Origin: Kudoa neothunni
Taxonomy: Eukaryota > Animalia > Cnidaria
DNA length: 64,000 bases
Reading direction: 5' to 3'
NCBI GenBank assembly: GCA_964304625.1
Contig: OZ199838.1
Span: forward strand, 13,552,802-13,616,801
Each line of letters starts with the position of its first letter. Position 1 is the first letter of the stretch. Shown here one piece after another: positions 12,489-25,700 of the stretch. The translations under genes were made by a program, and so were the position numbers. The notes under the pieces are model-generated. The model was given only the letters and a program-made list of their open reading frames with translations, was not told the DNA's origin and made no database searches.

Positions 12489-14965
12489 TCACTCAAGTGA
12501 TTTGTTGCGCATTGTTACAATTCTAACTTTCTCCGATTTTATCACCTTGTTGGAACAACTGTGATAGGATAGTTTAATTGGTGGTGGTGGATTAGTAGTC
12601 GTAGCTTTATTGCTAAAAATCAATTCCGGATTTATACATTTAACAGTAATGGGATTTACGAGTTGTCTATAAAACTTTCTTCTATTTGTTGTTCCGGTAA
12701 AATGTGATCCAAGGAATGTCCCTGATCGGCCACATTTGATGAATCGTTGTCTGAAATAAAATATGTTTACAATTGGTTGAATTTTCAATAAAATTGATAA
12801 CAATATTAAATTGCTAATTTAATTATAATTATCGTATGGAAGTGGCTATTGGCACGAAAATAATATTCGGGTGACACTAATTTTGTCGATATTAAATTAT
12901 TGCTAGCATACTGCTTCGCTCTTAGGGGACATAAATAATTAAATATGGCAGATTATAATAAATTAAATACAACAGGCAACCGATTTTCCATAATCCACAT
13001 TGGACCAGAGAAAAGTTACTGAAAATGCTTCATTGACTGATTTTACGTGATTTTTACGCGCGCGGATAATTAAAGTATTTTGTATTAAGTATTATAATAA
13101 ATTTCGTAATTATTATTTTTTTGATCGATTTCTGTGTTTTTAACATAACTTAAAGAAAATCTGGAGGTTATGCATTTAAATCGCTATCGCTATCACTATC
13201 GTTATCGTTATCATGATCATGATCATTATCATTAATGTGGTTTTGAACCAAAATACTTTTGTATTTGTACGTTGAAAAATAAATTATTCGTGTATTTAGC
13301 TGCGATAGTAATTAACTTGTTGAATTTTCGGAAAAATATGAGACTGATGTTATATCATTTAGTTTCATGATTTAAAGTTGAGCTACAAGTATATATCCAT
13401 ATGATGTTAAAAATATTATTCTAATTACTTGGTTGTATTTTAAATGTTTCAACATCACTCTTGTTTTGGTATTCTATTTAAATCGAATGGATAAATTTTT
13501 ATTGTCGTTAAAAAATCGTAATTCTTGTGATGGAAGATCAACAGAGTTTCGAACAACTCCCAGAAACGGGCCTATAAGATTGACTCATAAATCAATTTAG
13601 ACACATTTTCTAGATGTGAATTGGATTCCAGATGTAACTCGAAATTTACCTTAGAAAATTAAATTAGTACACGTTAAAATAATTAGATATTGTTTTTTCA
13701 TTGAATAGTATAGTAGATTTCTTATATAAATTGCACAAAAAAGCCTGTAGAAGATCTTGCGGCGATAGCATCCAATTTGTTCTACTGGTTATAGTAACAA
13801 TTCTGAATGCATAAATGGCCACCCAAGAAAATTGACCATTGCTTAATTGAGGACCGAGTTTAACCATAAAGTCTCTTAAAGTAATAAATTCTATTGAACT
13901 GAACTCTTTATTAATTTTTTAACATTTCAATCGTCCATAATAAATCTAGGTTTTTGACCCTAATATCTTTAATAAATTATAATCTACAGTATAAAAATTA
14001 TTATTTGATCCCTTTTTGAGAATATTTCTCCTGAATGAATCCAAACTTATTTTATACGAGAAAATCAATTAAACGTTATTGTTTCAGTATTTTTCAAAGC
14101 AGAAATAGGTATGAGATCAAAATTGCAAAATGTAAAAGATTTGTTGACTCTCATTAGCAAATTTTTAAACAATAGAAAAATAATAAATTTTTCTGTACAA
14201 TGTAATGGATGTGATTAATTAAAACAAAGGATTTGGAAAATTGGGGTTGGAACAGAAAAATACATAAAATCAATAATCTCCATTTTCACATAAAAACTTA
14301 TTTATAAATTATTTTTTTCTTGAAATTTTTAATTTTAATTACATAAAATAAACTTTCTTAGTTTACAGAAATAGTTTTAACTCTGATAATGATAATTATA
14401 CATGAGAGGAGAAAAAGTAAAAGTACGTAGAATCAGTGATTTACTATATATAACAAGTTTGTATGAAGTTGTTGATTAGATTAAAATTCCCGGCGCGCAT
14501 GCGTGCATGTCACGTAGAATTAAATTTTATCGTGCCAATAGTGCTTGCCGTATCATATAATGTAAGATTACTTTCATTTTCATCAATTTGAAGAATAATA
14601 TTTGTCCCAATGACCTCTATAAAAGTGCATCGTAACATTTGGACAGATAAATAAAAAGACTACCTTCCACCTTTCCTAAATACACATTCCCATTTATGGA
14701 CAAGTAGACACCTGATTGCGCTTCGTCATACTATTCAAATCAAAAATTCATAATTTTAAAAATCCTCCATTAGATACAACTATTACATGAGCATCCATTG
14801 CACTATTGTTGTCGAAGTTTAGAGCCGACTCAACCTTCTCCCCGTTTGCAGTTGAATCTACCTCGTACACCAAAAACTCCTAACATTATCAAATTGTTAT
14901 TTAAGCCGAATTAAACAGTTTTCCAGCTAACATAATACCTCGGACCAATCACTCTCATGCGACAT
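12489..14965 (-). CDS. GTF3C6: General transcription factor IIIC subunit 6-like (TFIIIC35), 6 exons, 148 aa
   Basis: Phase-consistent exons 14965-14939, 14879-14787, 14730-14664, 14616-14572, 12750-12660, 12612-12489. Translation MSHESDWSEEFLVYEVD...VYLSINGNVYLGKVEEVIGTNIILQ...LSYHSCSNKVIKSEKVRI matches the TFIIIC_sub6 pattern (human LVLVEL...LQVDSCVFAGEYEDTLGTCVIF...LKYKCHTMKKL). Confidence 0.75.
13180..13233 (+). repeat. Degenerate hexamer microsatellite (ATCNNK)9
   Basis: atcgct atcgct atcact atcgtt atcgtt atcatg atcatg atcatt atcatt. Confidence 0.8.
13420..14000 (-). mobile_element. Highly decayed retroelement fragments (RT-like and integrase-like) in the long GTF3C6 intron
   Basis: Weak peptide echoes: SDVETF (cf. 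SFDVESLF), KPRF, and GPQLSNGQF...SRTNWML (cf. integrase DNGPQF...PQTNGM). Confidence 0.3.
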
Positions 14966-15003
14966 TGATGCTCGGTTAATCTCGTTGATTTTAAATAAAA
15001 CTA

Positions 15004-16152
15004 ATGTCGAAGGTTGTTGCCGCATTCTACCGAATTAAACGCATATTTTTGAATCCACAATTCGAAGAACTTTTACGTAACCGAAGAGAACTCCTAAAAA
15101 GATTTCTTCTATACAAAGATCTCTGCTATGGCACGTTTGTAGGAACTGATAAGTATGGCAATCGCTACTACCAAAATCTAGAAAGTCCATACGGTAGAAA
15201 CAGATTCGTTCTCCACTACTATACAAATATGTTCTATGTGGAAGCTACAAATATCGATGTGGAATGGTTTCGATGGTTACATTACACTACAGGTTGGTTG
15301 ACTGACTGGTAGACTAGAACGCGGGTTCCCAATCGTTTTTTAATTTTTTATAATTTCATTACTATTTTGGAAGCTAAATTCAAATCTATCTTAAGGTTTT
15401 ATATTGACAAAGCTAAGGCTAAATTTATTTGGATATAAAATTTTAATAATATGCGCGTACGCGATAAAAAATTTAATCATAATAACTTTTATTCACAATC
15501 CATATTCATATGTGATTTTTCAGAATATGGTATATTTAATTAATTCTTAATATATCCTTCGTTCTGAGGATCTTAGAAGATAGAGATAACTGAATATAGT
15601 CGAAACTAATGACACCAGAGTATTATGTAACATAAGATATAACAACTTTGAGCGTTTTATTAGTTTGTATCTCAAAAATTAATTACGAATAGAAGAGATT
15701 GATAGTGGCTTGATAAATAATTTTTAAGTACTTATTGCTTAAACATTTATCGAATTTCTTCCAAAATCTTACTTGGGTTTAATATCTCTGAATAATATAA
15801 CTCCTTAGAAATACTCAATTATGTATCAAATAGCATTATGTCAAAATTTTTCCTTCATATGATTTTAATGTCATTTAATTTATCCCCGATTGAGAACCCC
15901 TGAATTAAATTAAATCGATTGTCGTATTGAATAATTTAATATGTTTCTGTGTGTAATAACATAGACATTCCACCTAAAAGCTATCACCTGAGCGGAAAAC
16001 CTTACACCAAACCCGAAGGAAATACCACTGGCACCAAATATGCATTTTATCCTTACACAACCACCCCACCTAAGGTTTTGCCATGGGAAGGAAAACCTTT
16101 ACGTTCGGATTTGAGCATTGAGCTCGAAAACACCGACAGTACGAAAAAATAG
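15004..16152 (+). CDS. NDUFA12: NADH dehydrogenase 1 alpha subcomplex subunit 12, 2 exons, 158 aa
   Basis: Exons 15004-15292 and 15965-16152 (phase 1). GTFVGTDKYGNRYYQN, GRNRFV, EWFRWLHYTTDIPP, NTTGTKYAFYPYTTTPPKVLPW. No lesions seen. Confidence 0.92.
15320..15902. mobile_element. hAT (Charlie-like) MITE filling most of the NDUFA12 intron
   Basis: TIRs CGCGGGTTCCCAATCG and the reverse complement CAGGGGTTCTCAATCG. The internal sequence aligns with a second copy at 38487-39083. Confidence 0.7.
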
Positions 16153-16294
16153 ACCATTTATATATAAAAAACGTCTTTATATAAAAATTTGTTTGATTGC
16201 CTATTAACATGTGTGATTTTCTATGGTGTTATAATGAGTTTAATATATGTTTCATTCTTCTATTCAACAATGTGCATAATTTTGTAAAAAATTT

Positions 16295-19200
16295 TCAAAT
16301 AATGGTGCTATGCGCGAATGACTTTAAGGATTGTTGCATGGCTTGCAGTACTTTAACGAACCCATCTAAACAACAAATAAATGCGTGTTATATTTTTTTA
16401 TGATGCTGGATGAGTGATATACGAATAATAATAATCGCTAAGTACCTGCATCTTCCTTTTTAAATAATACAGTAACTTTATTCGTGCGTTTATCTTCTTG
16501 ATATTTGACCACTACCAACTGAAAATTACGCATTTTTCTATAAGGAGTGTCTTCAATAGATATTATGCTAGTTATCTGGACTGTGATCTAATTATTAGAC
16601 AAATTGTGAAGGGATTGAATTGATGGGAAAGTATTACTGGGGCTGGTTCAGGTGAATAGGCCGTAGATATACGTTTCAACGAGGACTTGGCGGATAATTG
16701 AGGTAAATATTCAATAGTTTTATTCTCCACTCGAACATGAATTGGACCGTGCTTATGTTTCCCCATAATCATAGTCCCTTGGAAAAAGTGCTAAATATTC
16801 ACGAATTAGAACACATACTGTATTCAAAATCAATTTTTACATGATGCTTATTAACATTTAGTAACTGGCTGAATGAGGTATCGGTGGTGTCTTCCAAATC
16901 GTTATACTCAATGTGTAGAGTGAATACCGGTGGATCGTAATTCAACACTTTGTCATGTATATTGATGGGCACACCTTGGTTGTCTTCATGCTCGAAATAG
17001 AAAGCACTGGTCACCGGAGCACTTTGACCCCGCTTTTTGTAAAATCTAATCATCAGATCACGTAAAGTGAAATCTTTGTCTGTGAACTCAAAGGTTGATT
17101 GACCTCTCGACCAAAATCTGAAACAATCTCAAACACTATCAAACAACGCAAACACGTTACAATATAGCATGATATTTTCCTTGAACCTCCTTGGAGGATT
17201 TCATATTGATATCAGTTAATGGAATTGATAAGGGTCGTCCTTTATGTAGCGTTTTCAATGAGATTTCATTCATCAGCGCCTCCTTTCGCAATTGGGCCAC
17301 ATTACATGATATAGCCAACTCACTAAACTGATAGTTTCCAATGTTTTTATTGTGATCTAATACTGGACAGAAACAATCATTATTTAGATATGTATTAGAC
17401 AAGATTATAATAACCTGGCATATCTTCGTCTATATCCCCATCCTCATCCAAAATGTACAAATTATAACTACTCACATTGGTTTCCTAAATAGAAAGTGTT
17501 TTAACATTCACGATGTGAACAACTTTAATATTTGATCAATACTCTCGTGCCCAATGTTTATTTAAATTCAGAATGCAAAGAAAAAATATCATCTCTATGA
17601 TGTTTTAATTTGAAGTTTTTCCCCGAAATAATTTTAAAATGTTATTGTGATTTTTGTCTAGTTAAAAATGACTAAAAAATAATTTTAATAAATTTTATTG
17701 ATAGAATACGCATTCAAAAATTTGGAATAGTGCCATTTTAAACAACGTATTTTATTTTTAAGCATTATCGTAATTAATTTCATTTTTAGATTTTGGTTAG
17801 AATATAATTTTTCGTAATATAAATACATTCATATATATATATTTGAAAAGCTGGAGGATTAATTTAGAAAAGTTATATAGGGATTACTGTTGTGCATTAT
17901 CTAATAAATCATTATTTATAATTGTATAGTATACCTACTTCAACAAAAAAATAAATATAAAAACTAAATTTGTTATATCTCCATTTAAAAGCTTCAGCTT
18001 GAAATATTTTAGATAAGGAATAGTTTTGAAAATGAAGAATTGACGCACATGCACGAAAAATTTGATCGACGTAAGCATATCGATTATATTAAATCATAGT
18101 TTACAAATTAGATAATATAACAAATTTCTAATGCATTTTAAGGACAACGCGGAATTTTTACGTAGTTAAGACACATGCGAATAGGATATTTATTTAATTT
18201 TCATTTTCTCCTGTAATTTGAAGATGACTGATAAAAATTTTGTTGAGTGTTTTAGATTTATAAATCAATTAACTAACCATTTTAACATAACATATTATCC
18301 TTAGATTGCAAACAAAAAATTAGGGATTGAAAGGGTTAAATCATTGGAGCAATGCTTCCCAACCCCAAATCAGGCTCCTCTCATTATGTATGAGGAAATA
18401 ATTTTAATATTTTATTTTTAGAATTCGATCAATAAATAAATAGAAAATAAAAATCCAACTACGAGGATTATACCATAAATAGGAGAGTTATTGACTATTT
18501 TTACATTTGAATTTTATTTAGGCACTAGTTATTGACTGGGAAATTTTTAATCCCGGAAACTCCTAAAAATATTTTTATAGTTGGTCTATAAAGTTTATCT
18601 TTTATAATTCGCCAAGTTTAATTATATTCCGTCCTTAAGAGTGGTAGCCATGGGCCAAAAATAATTAAATACAGTATAAACTATACTTGCCCGGATACTA
18701 TGATCCGTGCCAACAGCCGCTTCCTTTTATTTAACTTAGGATCAAGTATTTATATAATTACATATATCAAACAAAATTTTGGTTATAACTATTAAAAAAA
18801 GATGTTGCATAAAATCTAGTTTTCAAAAAATATGTTAATAGTGAAAAAATAATCTTATCGTGTTTATTACTATCTATCTACTCAATTTAAATTGCGAAGC
18901 GACTCTATTTATATTATTTGTTTTGATTATATTGACTTATCAGTGTGTATTGGGAGAAATGTTGAGAAAACAACATCGAATCAATGTTTTCATTGAGTTG
19001 AAGATATAAAATTAATGATTTTTTTCTGAAATTATTTTCATAAAGTTAATCAATTTTTTCTAGATTTAAATTTGGGATTATCAATTAATAATAATTTTCA
19101 TAAAAATCCCAATATTATGCACAAAAATGAATATTAAATTAAAAAAATACAAATGAGAAAAATAAAATTTTAATTAAAAATTAACCTCAAAAGATAGTTT

Positions 19201-20838
19201 TTTCAAATGATAATCACAAACTTGACTTATTATTATTATTTGGCTCGGATTTTTTTTCGGTGTTGTCACTTAGGAATGTCCTAAATGACTTCTAACCAAT
19301 TTTTAATCGCTACATAACATTACTTTCAAATAATTTTAAAAGAATGAAATATAAAGGTTTTGTTAATGATTAAAATATGATATAGATCAAACTGTTAAAT
19401 GAATTTTTGATTAAGACGACTAAATTAAAGAAAATGTTAACGACTTATGTAATTATCTATCTAAAACATTCATTTATAATACATATGTGAGTATTAACAC
19501 TATAATATGAATACTTGAAATAATGTGTTAATATAAGTTTTTAATATTACATTTTCGAATTTAATTATTATTTCTTTCGTTTGTCCAGATATTGTTTGGA
19601 AACTTACGTCAAACGCTATTCGGAGAAAAATCAATATAAAATAGTTAAATGAATTTGTTGTTAATCTAAACTTATCAGTTACAACAGTATTTATTATTTT
19701 GATTGTTTTTGATGGAGCCAAATTTTTCCATATAAAGATAGATAGTAAATTTTGAGGTAACGAGAAATGATATTAACAAGGAGCACAAATAAAACTTAAT
19801 CATTAATTATTATATAAATTAATTTAAAAATTACTGTAATCGCTTTTGGATATGAAGCTTCAATTTTGTATAGAATTAATCCAATGGCAGATTTCACCGG
19901 GGTAGTTGCTATAGAGGTTGTTTATAGAAACATATGGCATATATATGATTAAATACGGCTGACGCAAATAGTTACATTTTCAACTTTTAATTCTTTATTC
20001 TAAAAAAGTTAAAAAATTTCATGTATTAATGCAACCGAATACTTCAAAAATTGAGTTTATTTTGATTGAATACGTCAACATTTTAACAACTCCAGGATTA
20101 TTCTAAAAAAATAGATGACATATGCAACCAACAAAGCCGGAAATCACTTTGATATCATATTGAATGTATTTGAGAAAAGGATTCATATTAATACCCACTT
20201 TCTCGATCAACAAAGTTAATGGAGACTTTTCACAAGAGAACGGTTTAGTGGTAGTGGTCTTATGAAGGGAAACGTCCATAGGCTTGAAATATTCTTGTCT
20301 AATTTTATCCATTTCTATAATAATTTAAAATTAAATTACAAATATAAATCTACTTGCTGAGTCATATAAAATTTTTTCATTCCATAACACAACCTTCGGT
20401 TCATTCTCTCTGTATTCATATATATCAATATATCAAGTTGAAATGGATCTAAGCGGTGGTGATACTTGGGTTTGTCATTCGTTTCTTGAACGAACGAATT
20501 CACACTCATAAAATCTTCTTTATTGACCATATTTAACGAAGACTTTGATTCATCATTGTCACTACATCCCCATCCACGCGATAATTGTTAATTATTAAGC
20601 GAGTCTCAATGAAAATACCTTTCTGAAAATAATTCCACTGTTTCGGCAGTAGCAGGTCTGCTTCGTACTTCAACACCCTCTCCATCGAATGACGCTTTTA
20701 TGATACCTAGATTAGAACCAATTATTGTTGAGACATGATGAGGCACCAATAAAGATTCATTCTACCTGTAGTATCAACTGAAATGAGCTTGGTTCTTATT
20801 TTTCTTTTCAAATAATTTTTTTGATCGTAACAACTCAT
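16295..20838 (-). CDS. MAPKAP1: TORC2 subunit SIN1 / MAPKAP1, multi-exon, with a ~2.3 kb TE-filled intron
   Basis: N-terminus MSCYDQKNYLKRKIRTKLISVDTTG (cf. MAFLDN...IRQSHVTSDDTG), KSPLTLLIE...NPFLKYIQYD (cf. NPFNEYSKFD), CRIM-domain VKSAIGLILY and YNLYILDEDGDIDEDMPVLD...YQFSELAI, then RBD/PH-like exons to a TGA at 16297-16295. Some internal boundaries approximate. Confidence 0.85.
18040..18339 (-). mobile_element. piggyBac-type MITE end (TTAA-CCCTTTC), copy 1
   Basis: About 300 bp are the reverse complement of 46291-46590; ends GAAAGGG-TTAA. Confidence 0.65.
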
Positions 20839-21989
20839 AATTTTTCTTTCTCAGTTATTGATCGATTAACTAGATGTTATTTAATATAGCATTCGATAAT
20901 TATTAGATAAACAAGCTTACAAATCTTTTTACCAACCAACTTAACAGTGTTTACGGAATCGTCTCAGTTCGACATCCTCTAAGCTCTTTACATAGATTAT
21001 AGATCAGTTCTAATATTTTAATTTTAACATTGTTTGTATAAAATAATTAGTTTTTTATTAATTCGTACATATTAATGAAAATGTAGAGTTAGTTTATTTA
21101 TGTGCTTTATAACATACCGTGACTTGATAGACAAGATTGTAAAGTTACTTTGATCATAATGGTTGTTCAAACGACGATACAAACAAACTAATCACATACT
21201 ATCAATACACAGCCAGAACCTGAGTACTGATTGGGTTGAAAAAATCTATTAGTAAAATAACATGTGGATTACTCAAAGCTATAGATTGGAATAACCTGTC
21301 AAATTATATTAGATTAAATGATTGTTTTGATATGAATTTATTCCATTAAATTTTGTTCTATTTAGAATTTTCATTTATTATTAAGTAAGTGAAATTTAAA
21401 AGTAACAGTAAAATAATACTAAAATCAAGGGAGTTACAATAATAATACCTGGTGTAGGATCCACATAGTAGAAGGATAACGACGATGGATAGACTCATGG
21501 GAGTCTGGCAATCAGACCACGACTTAAGAGGTCTCAACTTCAAAACCAGCCTCGGTCAGACTACTGCTTTTGTGCTGTATTCTTTTATCCCCTGACGGAA
21601 TCTCTTTTATTAGGATGTAAGGTCGACATTGTACTTGTTGCGCCTACAATTATGATTCGGTATAATGGGATGGGTCTGTTAAGACTTTTGCTTCGTCTGG
21701 TCAAATTAGGAAATATTTTTTTTGTTTATAAGGTAAAACCTTACGCACAACTTATTAGGTTGTGGAACCATAGCTTTTTAAACCATCCCCATCAACGCTG
21801 TAGGCACCGCAAAATGGATGAAATCTACCTTTCACCTCTAATCCTTCTGAAGTAATTTAACCCAATACAAGTCTCGTTTCTGTGACAACCTCAAACCTTA
21901 TCCATAATGACCTTTTCCCTACAAAGATTTCAAGTCTGTTAATGCATCCCAGATGATTCAAACATCTCATTCAACCTCCTCTGTTAGAT

Positions 21990-22157
21990 AAGACTATAAC
22001 CGCAGTTGAAAATACATTTATGGTGCAATCGCACTTTAACAACCGTGGATATTACGGGATAGAGACACTCTGACGGAAACAACAACTAACGGCAATGGGG
22101 CTTGAACCCAGTACCATCGGATATTGAATTCAGCAATTACATCACTGGGATATCTGA
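21990..22157 (-). mobile_element. tRNA-derived SINE-like element
   Basis: Minus-strand head ~22157-22097 has an A-box-like ATCCCAGTG and B box GGTTCAAGCC. A related copy at ~38100-38200 has B box GAGTTCAAAC and shares AGACAC...GGAAACAAC. Confidence 0.5.
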
Positions 22158-22744
22158 TCTTGGCATTAGATTAGGCTAAAAAATATTTCAGGCTCCACAA
22201 ATCAAACGCCATTGAATTTGAAAACATGTAGTATCTAGGGTAATGATTGACCAATATGAGAGCGCCCAGAAATTCGAATTCTCTCAATATCAAAGAAAAA
22301 TAAGGCGAGGGGTCACATGTGAGGAATTTCTTAGCTTACAGGGCTCAATGATGAAGCCTGACCGGTCAGAACTTCAGCCTTATAAGTTGCATTAAGGGTC
22401 TTACAATCAGAACAACAGTAAACTTAGATTGTGGATATTTTTGTCTCACGAATGATAGTTACACGCAATCTAGATTAGATTACATTATTTGTTAACATAT
22501 CAAATTTGAATAATAAGAGATAATACATCTTAAACCATAAAACTTTCTAATATCCTTTTGAATTTTTCACCTCACAAATAATGAAAATATGATTGAAAAT
22601 TATCCATTTTATCGCGTGTTATTGAATATATTTGAAAGTTTATTGAAATGAAATAAATTTTGTTGGAAAGAATTATGATTGTTAAAGAAAACGTTTCCAT
22701 TAAAAATATCTCTAAATAAAAATTTATTTAAAAAAATATATAAA

Positions 22745-25700
22745 CTAAATGAGCCCAAGAAGCTGATTAAATTCTTCATTGGAGAGGTCCAAATCATCGC
22801 ATTGTGTTTTCGTGTCTATAAATCCACTTCAAAGTGTATCAACAGAAAGCTAATTACTTTTAACCGTAGATTCCTCAAATTGGGAACTGGTTTGAGAATA
22901 GATATTGCTTACGTTTGCTTAAAAATTTTGGATGTAGATCAACATAGAATTATAAAATAATACTCAAATCACACAGATTGACACTGGATTTTATTACAAA
23001 TAAAGAATTCGAAGTAAAATTTTCACAGTCTGAGTCGTGGCACTTTTGGAAAACGTCGATGCACTGGTTTCTGATACATGCAATATAAAAGATATGATTG
23101 CTTTTGTGTTCACGGCCAATTTTATGGCAGAACCTATATATTCAATTAGAACATTTTAATGAGAGCAAGTAGGTTTTTAAGATGAATTAATTGAATAGTT
23201 AAGTTCAATAAAAACAGAAGATTTATTAATTGTCATCCAAACAAAAAAATTATTACGTAAATCAGGTTATTGGACAACATCTTGATAGTAAAATACTTTA
23301 TTTAATCGTTAAATTATAAAAATTTTTGAAACCATTAATTACATTACACAAATATTAATATATATATAAAGAATAAAAAAATTATTTTGTTAAATTTTGA
23401 AATTATATGTTTACTGCAAAGTAATGTTTAAATTAATGATAGTTGATGCATTTTGAACAAACACGATCCATTAATTAGAAAAAATAAATAAGCCAACAAT
23501 ATATTGAATAAACATTGTTATTTCGTTCATATTTGGAATTTTTATTAAATCAAAACTTGAATAAGTTTACTTTAATATGAAAGAATAAAATAATACCTTT
23601 TTTTAAAAAACTAAAAAAATTCTTAATCAGCAGAGTAAATAAATGAAATCTTATATATCAAATGTTCGATAATCTCTAGGATGAACGGGTCAAATTTTCG
23701 TAACATTCATAATAATTAAGTAAAATTAGAGAGTATTCAGATTTTAATTTGATTGTTTATTTAACTGTCTTCATGACATAGGAAGAGCTGAGGAAAAGAA
23801 TCACATTCATATTTGTGAATACAATTAATCGATTAATCAAGAAAATAAATAATATCTCAGGATGTTTATCCGAAGAAGGGGAATTAATTGGAACAAAGTT
23901 ATTAAACGTGTAACTTTTAGTGTAACAATAGAAAGTTTTTCTAATTTCGGAAGACAGCTTTGTTACATCCTAGAGCAGGTGATACATATGGGATAAATAA
24001 GATTAAATTTTAGAATAAGACTGAGTAATTTTGTATTTTCTTAAAGAGTTTTCAATCAACCAATATTTTAAATACTAGCAACAAATTTTTCATCGACAAC
24101 TTTGTATACACATTTAATTGATAAAAATGCCTCATCGAATCAAGAGATTTCAAGAAATTCAAAAACAATAAAATTTTATTGTGATCGTTTAGTGTATTAA
24201 GAAGAATAAATTTCGAATGTAATTAATTTATACATATAATTATAATCAAAACATAATTCTAATTTTTAAATAATTTATTAACTCCTGAAATTCCACCATA
24301 AAGTAAACGTATTATGGTATATAATAAAAACATAGAAAAAACAACTTGTATGTGGCAAAATTAGAAATTATACATCCTTTTTGAATACAATTAATCTCAC
24401 CCTTAACATTTTTAATTGTTTCAATGTTGAAAGTTTCATATTGTTCAAAAAATACTATCATTATTCACGTAACTAGATCTTAGCGTTTTTAGTAGAAAGC
24501 TAATGGAAAAATATTTCTTTTCTAATTATGAAATATCTTATAAAAACCAACGACCGGTTTCATCTAAAGGTGAAAAAATAAATAATATATTCTATGATTG
24601 CATTATTTTAAATACCGAATGAAGTCTAAATCCTAAATAATAATATCATTAATTTATTGGATAACAGCCTTAGTAGAAACAAAAAGAACATTTCACTTCC
24701 TCGCCAAATCATACATTATCAATAAAGGGATTTAAAATTCAGATTATTCTCTCACAATTTTGCATAGTATAATCAAACAAACTGCAATTAGTAAAATATT
24801 TTTTTAACTTGATAAAAATTTAACCGAGAAAGAACTTGGTGTAAAGAAACCTTTAAATTTTCTAAATGAAACTATTTAAAAGATTATTAAAGGGTTTTCA
24901 GCGAATGATAAAAAATCAACACCATATTACTGACATGATTATCAAAGAAGGTATCGTGAAATTTGGTCCAGCCCCATAATCGTATTCTTCATAAAAAAAA
25001 TTTATGTTAAAACTTTTACAAATTATTTTTTAGGAAGGGTAATTGTCAAAATATAATAAAGCCAATCATTATAAGACTTAAAAAGATTTTCAGGAACGTT
25101 AATTTTGGTGGGTTTTCGCGAGGATAGGGATATTCATCTTCTGATGGGAATCCAAAAATTTACAAAGTTGTTAAACCACCTCATCTGATAACCAGCTATT
25201 AATTAATCACATAGGATAAAGAAATAAACACTGTAAAAACTATAATGATATTTTGTTGTTAACCCAAATGTCAAAACAATGAAAGTTTACATTATTGCTA
25301 CTAAAAATAGGCGACTGATTAAATTATTACTAAACAAATAAAATATTTATATTTCATCCAAATAGAGTTAAACAAAAGTTTTCTAATTACGAGAAAATAG
25401 GACATGATAATAATCTTACTGAACCAGATTATTTAGTATTGGTTTATGCAATAATTCGTAATACTCTCAATATTCGTCCATTAATATTATGCATATTTTA
25501 GAGTATTATTTAGAAATAATTTTCTGAGTAGAAGAAATTAAAAACCATAAATATTTTAATTTAATTGGGGAGCAAGAATTGTCAAAAATACCTATATCCG
25601 CCAATTTCGTAAATAATAGAACAACCCAACGAAGTCTTTTTTCTTATAAAACCTTTTCCTTTGGATACAGAATTTAGATGGAACAAAACTTGTTGATCAA

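Noticed and set aside
22097-22157. tRNA gene
   Set aside because: A/B-box-like motifs are present, but there is no complete cloverleaf and a diverged second copy shares downstream body sequence, so it was treated as a SINE.
22679-23160. Plus-strand ORF and transposase-like phrase LLENVDALVSDTCN
   Set aside because: It is the antisense of the PrimPol zinc-finger and terminal exons.
25582-25600. PrimPol apparently truncated before its zinc finger (GGYRYF*)
   Set aside because: A phase-2 intron (25591-23134) joins to RFCHKIGREHKSNH, so the gene is complete.
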